Assembly: GCA_963749835.1 (NCBI GenBank) | Contig: CAVVOD010000003.1 | Location: 257,045-321,044, forward strand | Source: an uncultured Acidobacteriota bacterium | Lineage (GTDB): Bacteria; Acidobacteriota; Vicinamibacteria; Vicinamibacterales; 2-12-FULL-66-21 | Reading direction: 5' to 3' | DNA length: 64,000 nt | In this document: one piece after another, positions 17,331-27,378 of the stretch | Layout: each line of letters starts with the position of its first letter | Numbering within the stretch: position 1 is the stretch's first letter | The notes under the pieces: model-generated | The model's input: the letters and a program-made list of their open reading frames with translations, nothing else | Told to the model about the DNA's origin: nothing | Databases searched by the model: none | Made by a program: the position numbers and the translations under genes

Positions 17331-19400
17331 TCACTGCTCGCGGACTTCGATCCGCGAATTCATCTTGATGGGTGCCGGCACGGTCTGTTTCTTCCCGGAA
17401 GGCCAGAGGACCTCGATGCTGTCCACAGCCTCCGCGGCGCCGAGCCCGAAGTACAGCGGGTAGAGGCTGTGCGACAGGTAGCCCGGAGTTGCCGTCCAGG
17501 ACCTTCGTGTAGGTCGCCGCTCCGGCGGTGACCTTGACCACCGCCCCGAGCCCGTCGCGATTCGACGTGGTGCCGGTGAGCTTCACCTCGAGATAGTGCA
17601 CGCCGCGTCTTCTCGGTCAGGTTGCTGACGAGCACCATCGGCGCGGCGTTGAACTCGTTGGTGACGATGTCGAGATCGCCGTCGCCGTCGACGTCGAAGA
17701 TCGCCGACGAGCGCGTGCCGCGCGCGCCCCAGACCGCCACTCGTCCCGTCGCGCCGGCGGCATCCGTGTGGCCCTTGTCCTTGCCGGACGCATCCAGCTC
17801 GAACCACGGCGTCGCCACGCCGCCCTTTGCGCGGCTCGACGCCGAGCACGAACTCCGCGTCGACGAATCGTTGCCCGCGGTCGTTGAGCTTCACCGAATT
17901 GATCATGTAGCGCTCCGGATAGTTCATGCCGGACGCGATGAACGTGTCGTCGTATCCGTCGGCATTGAGGTCGCCGACGCTCGGTCCCCACGGGCAGTAG
18001 TTCTCGACGCCCATGGCGTCAGACGCTTCGCGGAACTTCCCCGGCCCCTCTTTGACGAACAGCGAGTTGCCCCAGATGCTCGTCTTGCCGTCGCCGCGGA
18101 AGGACACCGGCCATTCCATGGTCGACTTCATCCTTCTCGCGCTCGGGGCCGATCATCGTCGCTCATGTCGGAGTGCATGTCGGTGATGAAGATGTCCAGG
18201 CGGCCGTCGTTGTTGACGTCGAACACCTTGATGCCCATCGCGCCCCAGGACGTCCGCGGGAACACCTCACGGCTCTTCTTGACGAAGCGCTTGCCGCCGA
18301 CGTTCTCGTAGTACTCGTCGTCGCCCTGCATGTTCAGCACATACAGATCGAGCCAGCCGTCGTCGTTGACGTCGACCGCGCTCGCGTCGCCCGACCACGA
18401 CAGATCCATGAGGCCCGTCCGCTTCGAGACGTCGACGAAGCGGTTGCCTCCCTCGTTGCGATACAGGATGCTTCGCTCGGCGCGCTCCGGCTTCAGGTGG
18501 CCGTGAGAACGCGTCCTCGAACGCCACGTAGTACTTGTAGCCGTCGCCCGCGATCGTGTTCGTCGTGTACCGTCCGACGTTGACGAGGAACAGGTCGAGC
18601 CGGCCGTCGCGGTCGTAGTCGAAGAACACCGCGCCGACGAGTGCCCGACGTAGTTGAGGCCGGAGGCCGCGGAGATGTCGCGGAAGCGGCCGTGGCCGTC
18701 GTTCTCGAAGAGCATGTTGCCGCCGCGAACGGTCGTGACGTACAGGTCCGCATCGCCGTCGTTGTCGATGTCGGCGAACGAGGCGGAGACGCCGACCTTG
18801 TCCGGCGACCGCCACGCCGGCCGACGCGGTGATGTCCTCGAACCTGCCGCCGCCGGCGTTCTTCCAGAGCTGGTTGCCGCCAACCTGGTTGACGAAGTAG
18901 ATGTCGGACAGGCCGTCGCCGTCGACGTCCGCGATCGCCATGCCGTTGCCATGATCGTAGTGCGCCGCCTTGTACGTCTTGCCGGCATCGTCGACGATTC
19001 GGTGCTTGAAGGTGATGCCGCTCTCGGTCAGGCGGTCCGTGAACTGGAAATCGTGGAACACGGGGAGTGCGGCCACGGTCTTGATCTGCGCGTCCCGAAC
19101 CGCCTGGAGCCCCGGTGTGTCCTCCAAGTCGGGCGGAACGACACGGACGGTGGGGGTCTGAGCGGCGGAGTCCGCGGGTCTTTGAGCGGTGGAGTCCGCG
19201 GTTCCTCGAGCGGCGGAGTCCGCGGGTGCTCGAGCGGCGGAGTCCGCGGGTGCTTGAGCCGTGACCACGGCTCCCGTCGGCCCCACGAGCAGCGCCGCCA
19301 CCATCGCGACGACGATGAAGAGCAAGGTCCAGGCGATGCGCGCGTACGCTGATCGCGTGAGGTGATGGGTCGTGCAGCCCGAGGCCCGTTCTGGAATCAA
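17331..19400 (-). pseudogene. ASPIC/UnbV + FG-GAP/VCBS repeat (CRTAC1-like) protein gene broken by about 7 frameshifts
   Basis: The homologous reading hops between track ORFs 18267..19400, 18128..18988, 17583..18131, 17360..17818 and 17320..17601, then a final frame that I translated myself (GYLSHSLYPLYFGLGAAEAVDSIEVLWPSGKKQTVPAPIKMNSRIEVREQ*, stop at complement of 17331-17333). Repeat motifs: IADVDGDGLSDIYFVN, FADIDNDGDADLYVTT, FFDYDRDGRLDLFLVN, VDVNDDGWLDLYVLN, VFDVNNDGRLDIFITD, GDLNADGYDD, FDVDGDGDLDIVTN. UnbV-like segment: LTGTTSNRDGLGAVVKV. Confidence 0.8.
19160..19255. repeat. In-frame 24-nt tandem repeat x4 in the N-terminal region of the ASPIC/UnbV gene
   Basis: Four gagcggcggagtccgcgggtNNNN units. 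On the minus strand they encode the (A)PADSAA(R/Q)-type octapeptide repeats. Confidence 0.75.
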
Positions 19401-19415
19401 CAGATGCTCCTGCGA

Positions 19416-20186
19416 CTAGTGACCGTGGCCTCCCAGAATGGCCTTTGCTTCGGCGGCGGGGATTTCGCGGACGAAGATGTTGCGGAACCGAATCTCTGAG
19501 CCGTGGGTCTGGAGCTCGATGGGACCACGGGCGACTGGCGGCTGCGCGCGGTCGAAGAAGTTGTCGAGGACCTGCCCCTCGACTGTCGGCTTGTCGTTCA
19601 ACCAGACCCACACGCGTGAGCCCGCCATCCTGATCCGGAGGGTGTTCCACTCGCCGACGGGGTTGTCCGCCTTGACCAGCGGCCACTTGCCGGGGTTGTC
19701 GGGATTGTTGTTCCAGAGCGCGCCCGATCCTTTGGGCGCTCCGTTCCGCACTTCGCGAGGATTGTCGGGGTCCCACACCTGAACCTGCGGATAGCCGCGA
19801 AGGTAGACACCGGAGTCACCGTTGCGGCTGACCATCAGCCAGTCCACCTGAAACTCGAAGTCGCCGTAGTCCTTCTCGGTCGCGAGATGCGGGCTCTGTC
19901 CGTCCGAAACGATCTCCCCCTTCGCGGTGTCGACCTTCCAGTGGGCGTCGCGGGCGGTGTTCCACTCGGCCTGCTTGGCCGCCCGCTCTTCCTTCGTGAA
20001 CTTCGCCTCCTCGGCGGGATTGAAGTTCGGCTGCCGGCCGCGCCATCCGGTCAGATCCTTCCCGTTGAACAGCTGGGTGAAGCCCTTGGGCGTTTTCACC
20101 GGTGCCGGCGCCTGCGCCGAGGCTGCCACCGCACACGTCATTGTCACGATTGCGGCCATGGACCATCGCATCAGCGTCATTCGCAT
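19416..20186 (-). CDS. DUF1080 (3-keto-disaccharide hydrolase family) protein, exported
   Basis: 256 aa with signal peptide MAAIVTMTCAVAASAQA. Family-typical FTQLFNGKDLTGWRG, GDFEFQVDWLMVSRNGDSGVYLRG and ELQTHGSEIRFRNIFVREI. Confidence 0.85.
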   Translation of the reverse strand: MRMTLMRWSMAAIVTMTCAVAASAQAPAPVKTPKGFTQLFNGKDLTGWRGRQPNFNPAEEAKFTKEERAAKQAEWNTARDAHWKVDTAKGEIVSDGQSPHLATEKDYGDFEFQVDWLMVSRNGDSGVYLRGYPQVQVWDPDNPREVRNGAPKGSGALWNNNPDNPGKWPLVKADNPVGEWNTLRIRMAGSRVWVWLNDKPTVEGQVLDNFFDRAQPPVARGPIELQTHGSEIRFRNIFVREIPAAEAKAILGGHGH

Positions 20187-20341
20187 CTCCTCGTCGAGCC
20201 GCGATTGTACATCGGACGCGCGCGGGGTCCGGGATTCACGCGGGCTGCCGCGCTATAATTCCGCGCTCTGGTGGATGCTCATGCGCCGATCGCGAGTCTC
20301 GAGCTCCGCACTTCATCGACGACGACGCGAGGAGAGAACTG

Positions 20342-21397
20342 ATGGGACGTCCGTGGCGAGTGGCGATCATGGGACTGGGACACTGGTACTCCGCGTACAA
20401 CATGGCTCGCGCGCTTCGTGAGTATCCCCGCGCGACGCTCGTGGCTGCGGCATCGCCGGACGGAACGCAGCTCGGCGCATTCACCGACGCATTCGGCGTT
20501 CCCGGCTACGAGAGCTACGAGGAGCTTCTCCAGCGTGAGGACGTGGACATCATCCAGACCGCGGCCCCCGTGTCGGAGCTCGCGGAACTGGCCATCATGG
20601 GTGCGCGGGCGGGCAAGCACCTGATCATCGGCAAGCCGATGGCGATGACGATCGCCGAGGCCGATCGCATGGTCGACGCCGTCACGACCGCCGGCGTGGT
20701 TTGCTTTCCGTTCCAGGGAAACATGCGCCTGCGCGGCGCGGACCTGAAAGAGCGGATCGACAGTGGGGCGATCGGCGAGGTGGCGGTGATACACCAGACC
20801 TGCCGCTGGTCCATCGCGGAGGATGCGAGCGGCTCCGGCACTCCGGGCTGGTTTGCGGATCCCGCGCACGTGCCCGGCGGGGCGCTCATCGACGAGGGGA
20901 TCTACTGGATCGATTTCTTCCGGTGGGTGGCGAACAGTGAAGTCGTACGGGTCGAAGCCAGAATCGCGAATCTCGTGCACAAGGACATCGCCGTTGAGGA
21001 CTGGGGCATGGCGACGTTCACGTTCGACAACGGCATCATTGCGACGCTCGAAGCCTCGTGGACCATCAACTCGCCCCGCAAGACCGGCCCGTCACCGAAA
21101 CACAACAGCGTGGTCCGTCTCGAGCTCGTTGGAACAAGGGGAGAGATTATCGATCAGTGGTTTCGCGCACCCGGTCGCGCCGTCCTCGCCGCCGGTGCGG
21201 CGGACTGGGTGTACGAGCGTCAGTCGGAGCCGACCTACGCGCCGGCGGCGCCGTTCCCATTGACGCACCTCATCGAGTGCCTCGAGCAGAAGCGTCAGCC
21301 GGCCGCAGGCATCGAGGATGCCAGGAAGTCGTTCGTGATCGCGATGGCGGCCTACGACTCGGCCCGCGACCAGCGCCCGGTTGCACTTGAGTGGTGA
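20342..21397 (+). CDS. Gfo/Idh/MocA family oxidoreductase
   Basis: The track ORF is 20102..21397. I trimmed it to ATG 20342 behind GGAGAG. Sequence: MGRPWRVAIMGLGHWYSAYNMARAL... (Rossmann N-terminus). Divergent from the DUF1080 gene. Confidence 0.85.
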   Translation: MGRPWRVAIMGLGHWYSAYNMARALREYPRATLVAAASPDGTQLGAFTDAFGVPGYESYEELLQREDVDIIQTAAPVSELAELAIMGARAGKHLIIGKPMAMTIAEADRMVDAVTTAGVVCFPFQGNMRLRGADLKERIDSGAIGEVAVIHQTCRWSIAEDASGSGTPGWFADPAHVPGGALIDEGIYWIDFFRWVANSEVVRVEARIANLVHKDIAVEDWGMATFTFDNGIIATLEASWTINSPRKTGPSPKHNSVVRLELVGTRGEIIDQWFRAPGRAVLAAGAADWVYERQSEPTYAPAAPFPLTHLIECLEQKRQPAAGIEDARKSFVIAMAAYDSARDQRPVALEW

Positions 21398-21415
21398 GCC
21401 TCCGGCCGCGCCCGG

Positions 21416-24349
21416 CTATGGAATCGTGACGCGGACGGTCCGCTCGGTGATGGGACCCGGGGTTCCGAGCGCGTAGACCACCAGATCGTAGGTTCCCGAC
21501 GGCAGGGGCATCGTGCTGAGATGAAAGCCGCTCCACTTGGCCTGCCCTCCGAAGGCGCTCGCCACGTCGAGCCGTTGGTCCGTCGGCGTTGTTGCGCCGG
21601 CAAAGGTTGGTGCACCTCCGGAGGTGGGATAGGCCCAGACATGAATCGCGCTGACGCCGACAGCGTCCAGTGCTGCCGCCTCGTCCATCGCCCAGCCGGC
21701 GATTGTCACCGCCCCCGGGACGGTGGGGTCCGGCGTCGCGTCGTCGATTGACATCCGGCGCACAGGGGTCGGCGCCGCGACGAACACCCCGCCCGAGAAC
21801 GCTCCATCGTAGGCGTAGAAGCCCGCCAGCTGCTGGACTGCGTCGCCGCGGCCAGCCGTCCACACGCGGACGTGCGGACCTCCGCCAGGACCGGCACCGG
21901 TGATGATCTCAGCGTAGCCGTCGCCATCGATGTCGCCCGCGGCGACGCGCACACCTCCTGCGAACGCCGCGGAGTACGCGAAGAAGCCCAGAAGCTCCGA
22001 GCCGTCGTGCACGTTCCACACGCGAACGTGCGGTCCCCCGCCTGCGCCGGCGCCCGTGACCACGTCGGCATAGCCGTCACCGTTGACGTCACCCGCGGCC
22101 ACATACACGCCACCGCGAAATGCCGGGTCGTAGCTGAAGAACCCGGTCAACTCCTGGAGGCTGCTGACATGCCCCGAGTTCCAGATGCGAACGTGCGGGC
22201 CTCCGCCGGGTCCCGCGCCGGTGATCACATCGGCACGGCCGTCACCATTGACGTCCCCCGCGGCTACGCGCACACCGCCGACGAACCGCGGGCTGTAGGG
22301 CACGAACTCGCCAACCGGCAATGTCAGCTTGCGACCCGTCGGACCGTCGAACACGCGGACAAGGGGCGACCGACCCTCTCCTGAACCCACGATGATGTCG
22401 GCGATACCGTCGCCGTTCACATCGCCTGCCGCCACGAACACGCCGCCGCTGAAGGTCCGCTCGAATGCCGCGAAGGTGCGCACGAGGACGCCGTCCGCAC
22501 CGTTGTAGACCCGCACCGTCGGCTCCGTGCCTCCTCCCGCGCCTGTGACGACGTCAACCACGCCGTCGCCGTTGACGTCTGCGAGCGCCACGCGCACGCC
22601 GCCCGAGAATCCGGGCGGCGCGAGGAAGCTCCCGAGCGGTCCCGCAATCTGCCCGTTCGTCAGGTCGAATGAACGAACGTGCGCGGTCCCGCCCGCGCCG
22701 GGGCCCGTCGTAATCCACCGCGCGGCTCCGACATTGAGCGTGTGGGCCGCGCTGGCGCTGCACGCGCCGTCCTCCACACGCACCGTGAACGAAGCGCTCA
22801 CGTTGACCTGTGGCGTGCCGCTGATGGTGCCGTTGCTCGCGAGCGTCAGGCCCGGCGGCAGCGTCCCGGCGGACACCATGAACGTCGCGATGCTGGTCGC
22901 CCCGCCGGCCGGCACCATCGTGGAATACTCAGCGGCAAGCCGCCCCGCCGGCAGGACACCCCCCGCGACGGTCAGCACGCAGGCCGTCGGCCCCACCAGG
23001 AAACTCTGTGTGGACGTCGGAGCACTGGTGTAGTCCACATTCCCTGCCTGGTCGGCGGCAATCGCGCAGACGCCCAGGGCGAGCACAGTGACGGTGTCCC
23101 CCGAGACGGTGCAGACCGAGGTGGCGGTGGACGAGAACGTCACGGGATTGCCAGAAGATCCGCCGGTCGCTGCGACCGTGAACGGCGCATCGCCAAGAGC
23201 CTTGCTGCTCAAAGCGCCGAACGCGATCGTCTGGCTCGTCATGGGATGGACTGGCGTGACGGCCACCGACGCGGCACTCAGAGGTCCAGTGCCCGTGCTG
23301 TTGGTGGCCGTGACCCTGAATGTGTAGGGCGTGCCATTCGTGAGGCCCGCCACGACGAGGGGACTGCCCGCGCCCGCCGCAGTCAGGCCGCCGGGCGAGG
23401 AGGTCACGGTATACGCGGTGATTGCCGCCCCTCCGTTGCTGGCGGGAGCCGCGAACGCGACACTGGCACTCGTGTCACCGGCGGTCGCTGCGACGGCTGT
23501 CGGCGCACCGGGGACCACGGCGACCGGTGTCACCGCGCTTGACTGGGCGGACGTTGGGCTGGCACCCACCAAATTGACCGCGACGACGGCGAACGTGTAT
23601 GCGGTCCCGTTCGTCAGGCCCGTCATATTGACGCTCGTTGCGGGTGGAAATCCGACCAGCGACACGAAGGTCCCGTTCTGAACACCGCCGATGTATTTGA
23701 AGACGCGGTATGACGTGACCGCCTCCGCGCCGGCCGAGGCCAGCGTCCACGACACCAGCGCGGTCGCGTTGCCAGGAACAGCGGCCACGGCAGTTGGGGT
23801 GGAAGGCGCTTCGACGAAACTGATGGTCGCCGTGCCCTTCGACGCGCTGTTGTAGCCACCCAGGCCGATAAAATAGGTCGTTCCAGCCGTCGCAGTGAAC
23901 AACAACTGCGCATCGAGACCATAAGAGTCGTCGTTCTGGGTGACGAGCGTCGTACCATCGCCCGTTCGAACCTCCAGCGTATTATCCCAGCCGGACGGAG
24001 CCAGAGACGTCGCGCGAACGGCGAATGTCGCCGTGGTGCCTGGCGTCCAGCTCCACCAGGTGACGTTGTTCCACCTTTGGCTCGGCTGTGATGGTGGCGA
24101 TGAGATGCCGGTGCTGTCCCCGATGAACGAGCCAGGCGGCGTGATCGGCAGCGTGACGGCAGTCCCGATCGAATCGCCGCCGTTGAATGCCATGACGAGC
24201 GTCGTGGTGAAGGCTGCGAGTCCAAGCATCACCGCCAGTGCCAGCGCGGGCCCGGCGAACAGACGACGGACGGACATGCGAATACGCATCAGAGTCACCT
24301 TGCTTGTCATGGACGGACGGCTTGACATCCGTTTGCGTGAATTCGGCAA
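21416..24349 (-). CDS. Large secreted multidomain protein: PPC-like domain, 2 x fibronectin type III, Ig-like domains, 7-bladed FG-GAP propeller, C-terminal domain
   Basis: 977-aa ORF. FN3-like segments: TSYRVFKY...GLTNGTAYTFAVVAVN and ITAYTVTSS...GLTNGTPYTFRVTATN. Seven repeats of F(S/A)GGVxVAxGDVNGDGxxDxxTGAG. The start is uncertain (MRIRMSVRRLFAGPALALAV is a plausible signal peptide). Confidence 0.8.
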   Translation of the reverse strand: MPNSRKRMSSRPSMTSKVTLMRIRMSVRRLFAGPALALAVMLGLAAFTTTLVMAFNGGDSIGTAVTLPITPPGSFIGDSTGISSPPSQPSQRWNNVTWWSWTPGTTATFAVRATSLAPSGWDNTLEVRTGDGTTLVTQNDDSYGLDAQLLFTATAGTTYFIGLGGYNSASKGTATISFVEAPSTPTAVAAVPGNATALVSWTLASAGAEAVTSYRVFKYIGGVQNGTFVSLVGFPPATSVNMTGLTNGTAYTFAVVAVNLVGASPTSAQSSAVTPVAVVPGAPTAVAATAGDTSASVAFAAPASNGGAAITAYTVTSSPGGLTAAGAGSPLVVAGLTNGTPYTFRVTATNSTGTGPLSAASVAVTPVHPMTSQTIAFGALSSKALGDAPFTVAATGGSSGNPVTFSSTATSVCTVSGDTVTVLALGVCAIAADQAGNVDYTSAPTSTQSFLVGPTACVLTVAGGVLPAGRLAAEYSTMVPAGGATSIATFMVSAGTLPPGLTLASNGTISGTPQVNVSASFTVRVEDGACSASAAHTLNVGAARWITTGPGAGGTAHVRSFDLTNGQIAGPLGSFLAPPGFSGGVRVALADVNGDGVVDVVTGAGGGTEPTVRVYNGADGVLVRTFAAFERTFSGGVFVAAGDVNGDGIADIIVGSGEGRSPLVRVFDGPTGRKLTLPVGEFVPYSPRFVGGVRVAAGDVNGDGRADVITGAGPGGGPHVRIWNSGHVSSLQELTGFFSYDPAFRGGVYVAAGDVNGDGYADVVTGAGAGGGPHVRVWNVHDGSELLGFFAYSAAFAGGVRVAAGDIDGDGYAEIITGAGPGGGPHVRVWTAGRGDAVQQLAGFYAYDGAFSGGVFVAAPTPVRRMSIDDATPDPTVPGAVTIAGWAMDEAAALDAVGVSAIHVWAYPTSGGAPTFAGATTPTDQRLDVASAFGGQAKWSGFHLSTMPLPSGTYDLVVYALGTPGPITERTVRVTIP

Positions 24350-24665
24350 ACCGGATGAACGGGGGGGATGAATGGCTTCGCGCGCGAGGGCCGATCCGTC
24401 GAGAGCCCGCTATCGATGACTCCGATGCAGCAAGGTGGACGCCGCCGAACCAGGGCTCATTTGGCGGACTTTCGGCGCGAGCCACACGTGATCCGCTCAC
24501 GGCATTCCACGGGTGTGCACTGTGCGCAGTTTCCCAGTGCGGTTACCGCACACCCTGTGGCGGAGGCGGGGCATGAACGCGAAGCCCGGATTGCGAGCCT
24601 CGGTGGGACGGAGCGAACGAGTACGGCCCGGCCGCGCCGGAGAACGGCGAGCCGGGCCGCCGTTG

Positions 24666-25872
24666 TCAGATCACCGGTGTCGGGGTCGTCAGCGCCGCCA
24701 GGACTTCTTTGTAGAGATACTTGGCTCCTTCGACACCGTTCAAGGGACCTTCTTCGTACTCGAGCGCGAAAGTGCCTTTGAAGCCGGCCGCGAGCATGAT
24801 GCGGACCGAGCGCTGGACGTCATTCTTCTCGCCCCACCGATCCCAGGTACTTCGCGTGGACGTTGGTGTGCGAGTACGGCGCCAGCGCTTTCAATCCGCT
24901 CACCAGCATGTAGTCGTACTCCCAGTTGCAGAAGTCCGGCGAAGCCTCGCAATACGGGCTGTTGACTTCGTCGATGATCGTGCGGATGTTGATGGGATCG
25001 GCCGCGAGTCCCCAGTGGTTCTCGAGCGTCACCCTGATGCCCAGGTTCCCGCCGTAGTCGGCCATCTCCTTGTACGACTCGATCGCGCTCTTGAGGTACG
25101 GCATGATCTCGTCGTTCTTCGGATATCCGTTCCTGGGATCGATGGCGGCCTGCGGCCTGATGCTCGGCCCGAGCGCCCGCGGCGAGTTCATGCGCACGGA
25201 CTTCGCCCCGATGATCGCGGCGCCGGCCAGCCACTTCTTGCCCACCTCGACACCGGCTTTGCGGAGCGCCTCATCGGGTCCCGCGAGATCGTTCGGCGCG
25301 TTGTTGGAGATGTGCTGCACCTTCGTGCCCGTCGTCACCAGCTTCGCGGCCAGCTGGTCCAGCCACTTCTTCCCGGACAACGTGGACGGATCGAACGTAC
25401 GCCCTGCGAACATGCTGTCGTCGGTCACGTCCCCGAAGAGTCCCGAAAAGATGTCCATGTGGGTGACGCCCGGGAACGTGTCCTTCGTCCACTGCGGGAA
25501 ATCGAGCATCGTGATCTCGCCGTACTTCTTCTTCATCTCTTCCGAGCTCACGCCGGCATTGACCGGGCCGCGCGCCGGGTTCGGAGCTGGAGCGGGCGGT
25601 GCACCCGCTGCGGCACCCGGCTGTCCCGCGCCGCCTCGCCCCGCGGCGCCTGCACCCGCGCCACGACCGCCTCCCGGGCGTGACTTGAAGATGTACCGGA
25701 TCGGGTAGGAGTTCGACGCGATGCGCGCCAGCCGATCCTTTTCCGCCCGCTCCTGGGCAATGAGCTGCTCTCTCGGCGTCAGCATCAGGCCGGCCGCCGT
25801 CAGTCCGGCGCCGGCGGTCTTGAAGAAGTCACGGCGGTCGAGACCCCGGCCGTTGTCAGTCGTGTCACTCAT
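24666..25872 (-). pseudogene. TAT-exported xylose-isomerase-like TIM-barrel (sugar phosphate isomerase/epimerase family) protein with a 1-nt frameshift near the 3' end
   Basis: The track ORF 24820..25872 has a twin-arginine N-terminus GLDRRDFFKTAGAGLTAAGL. After ...HTNVHAKY the homologous reading continues in another frame (WDRWGEKNDVQRSVRIMLAAGFKGTFALEYEEGPLNGVEGAKYLYKEVLAALTTPTPVI*, stop at complement of 24666-24668). There is one extra base at about 24846. Confidence 0.75.
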
Positions 25873-26013
25873 TGTGTGCGTCCTTCTCTGCCGCTCCAGG
25901 TATCCGGCGAGGCTCGTGTTTTAGAATTCTTACCGTTTCACCGCCGAGGTCAAAGCAGAATTTGTGTTGTATCGTTCATGGAGGTTCGCGGGTTTCTGTC
26001 CTGAGAGGTGTGC

Positions 26014-27216
26014 ATGGCGCTGACTGTCACGAAGGATGTGATCCTCCCGGCCACGGTTACCGGATCGTGGCCGCGTCCGCGGTGGTTCGACATGAGCATG
26101 TGGGCGAAGCCGCTCGACACGTGCATGCAGGACATCCGGTTCCGTGAGAAGTTCCAGGATGCGCTCGCGGTGGTGACGAGCGATCAGGAGCGCGCGGGGC
26201 TCGACATCCTGACGCACGGAGATTTTCACTGCGACGAGGACTTCGGGGGCCGGAGCTGGCACCACTATCCGCTGCAGCGGTGGACGGGCTTCGAAGGGGA
26301 CGCGCTGCAGTCGGAAGAAACCCGCAGCGAGTGGCTGCGGTATCCTCCGGGCACGCTGCTGAACGAGATCTACACCGGCTGGCGATGGCCGCACGTCACC
26401 GGGAAGATCGAGCACCGGCCGCTCGGTTACGACAAGATCTGGCGGATTGCCCAGAGCAAGTCGCGAAAGCCGGTCCGGTTCGGCACCTGCTGCTCGCAGG
26501 TGATGGGCCTGTTCCTCGATATCCATACCGCCAAGTACAAGGACAACCGCGAGGTCCTGTGGGACATGGCGGTGGCGATGAACACCGAGCTCCTCGCGCT
26601 GCGCGATGCGGGCTGCCGGTGCATCCAGATTGAAGAGCCGACCCTCCACTTCATGGCGAACACGTTCGGCGCCAAACACGAGAAGGTCAAGTTCATGGTC
26701 GAGTGCTACAACCGCGAAGTGCAGGGGCTCGACGATGTGGAGATCTGGATCCACACGTGCTGGGGCAATCCGAACATGCAGCGGGTGATGGACGACACGA
26801 GCTACGAAGCCTCGTTCGATCTCTACCTGAACGAGATGCGGGGGGACGTCTGGACGATCGAGACGAAGGATCGGGATTTCAGGAACATCGAGCTGTTCGG
26901 GCGTCAGAAGGGGAAGCTGCCGAAGAAGGTCTGCATCGGCGCCGTCAGTCACCGGACGCTGCAGGCCGATCGGCCGGAGGAGGTCGCCGGAGCCGTCCGC
27001 AAGGCGCTCGAGCACATCGCGCCCGAGCAGCTGATCGTGTCGAGCGATTGCGGATTCGGGCGCCAGGGCTGCAACCGCGAGATTGCGTTTTACAAGGCCA
27101 GCGCCATCGCCCAGGGCTGCAACATCGTCCGCAAAGAGCTGGGCGTGGCGCAGACGTATGTGCCCGCCGCCGATCCCGCCCTGCAGATCGATATCGTCCC
27201 GAAGACGGCCCGGTAA
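26014..27216 (+). CDS. Cobalamin-independent methionine synthase (MetE C-terminal / Meth_synt_2)-like protein
   Basis: The track ORF starts at GTG 26008. ATG 26014 follows GAGAGG. Zn-ligand-like contexts: IWIHTCWGN and IVSSDCGFG. About 400 aa, single domain. Confidence 0.8.
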   Translation: MALTVTKDVILPATVTGSWPRPRWFDMSMWAKPLDTCMQDIRFREKFQDALAVVTSDQERAGLDILTHGDFHCDEDFGGRSWHHYPLQRWTGFEGDALQSEETRSEWLRYPPGTLLNEIYTGWRWPHVTGKIEHRPLGYDKIWRIAQSKSRKPVRFGTCCSQVMGLFLDIHTAKYKDNREVLWDMAVAMNTELLALRDAGCRCIQIEEPTLHFMANTFGAKHEKVKFMVECYNREVQGLDDVEIWIHTCWGNPNMQRVMDDTSYEASFDLYLNEMRGDVWTIETKDRDFRNIELFGRQKGKLPKKVCIGAVSHRTLQADRPEEVAGAVRKALEHIAPEQLIVSSDCGFGRQGCNREIAFYKASAIAQGCNIVRKELGVAQTYVPAADPALQIDIVPKTAR

Positions 27217-27249
27217 ATGGGGACACTCACCTTTACGCTAAGTCATTGA
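27217..27249 (+). repeat. Copy 1 of the conserved 33-nt element / micro-ORF MGTLTFTLSH*
   Basis: atggggacactcacctttacgctaagtcattga. It starts immediately after the TAA stop of the MetE-like gene. Confidence 0.8.
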
Positions 27250-27264
27250 AAACACAGGCACGAA

Positions 27265-27297
27265 TTGGGGACACTCACCTTTACGCTAACTTGTTGA
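27265..27297 (+). repeat. Copy 2 of the 33-nt element (TTG start; LGTLTFTLTC*)
   Basis: ttggggacactcacctttacgctaacttgttga. It forms an inverted pair with copy 3, separated by a 30-nt spacer. Confidence 0.8.
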
Positions 27298-27327
27298 TTC
27301 GAAAGCCCGAAAAATCGCGGTTTGTTT

Positions 27328-27360
27328 TCAACAACTTACGCTAAAGGTGAGTGTCCCCAT
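27328..27360 (-). repeat. Copy 3 of the 33-nt element (minus strand; MGTLTFSVSC*)
   Basis: The reverse complement reads atggggacactcacctttagcgtaagttgttga. It ends 18 nt upstream of the creatininase-family ATG. Confidence 0.8.
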
Positions 27361-27378
27361 TTTCGGGAGTGATGAGAT

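Noticed and set aside
27217-27249. The micro-ORF as a classical leader peptide or attenuator of the neighbouring genes
   Set aside because: In the two gene-proximal copies the micro-ORF points away from the adjacent gene. In copy 1 it lies downstream of a stop codon. No terminator/antiterminator alternative hairpins were seen. I kept it as a finding, but not as a leader-peptide call.
27334-27356. AAGGTGAGT / GTAAGT inside the 33-nt element as an intron boundary (eukaryote-like 5' splice site or group II intron end)
   Set aside because: There is no intron-encoded ORF, no GUGYG group II 5' consensus and no matching 3' structure. The element is only about 33-40 nt long, so the resemblance is most likely coincidental.
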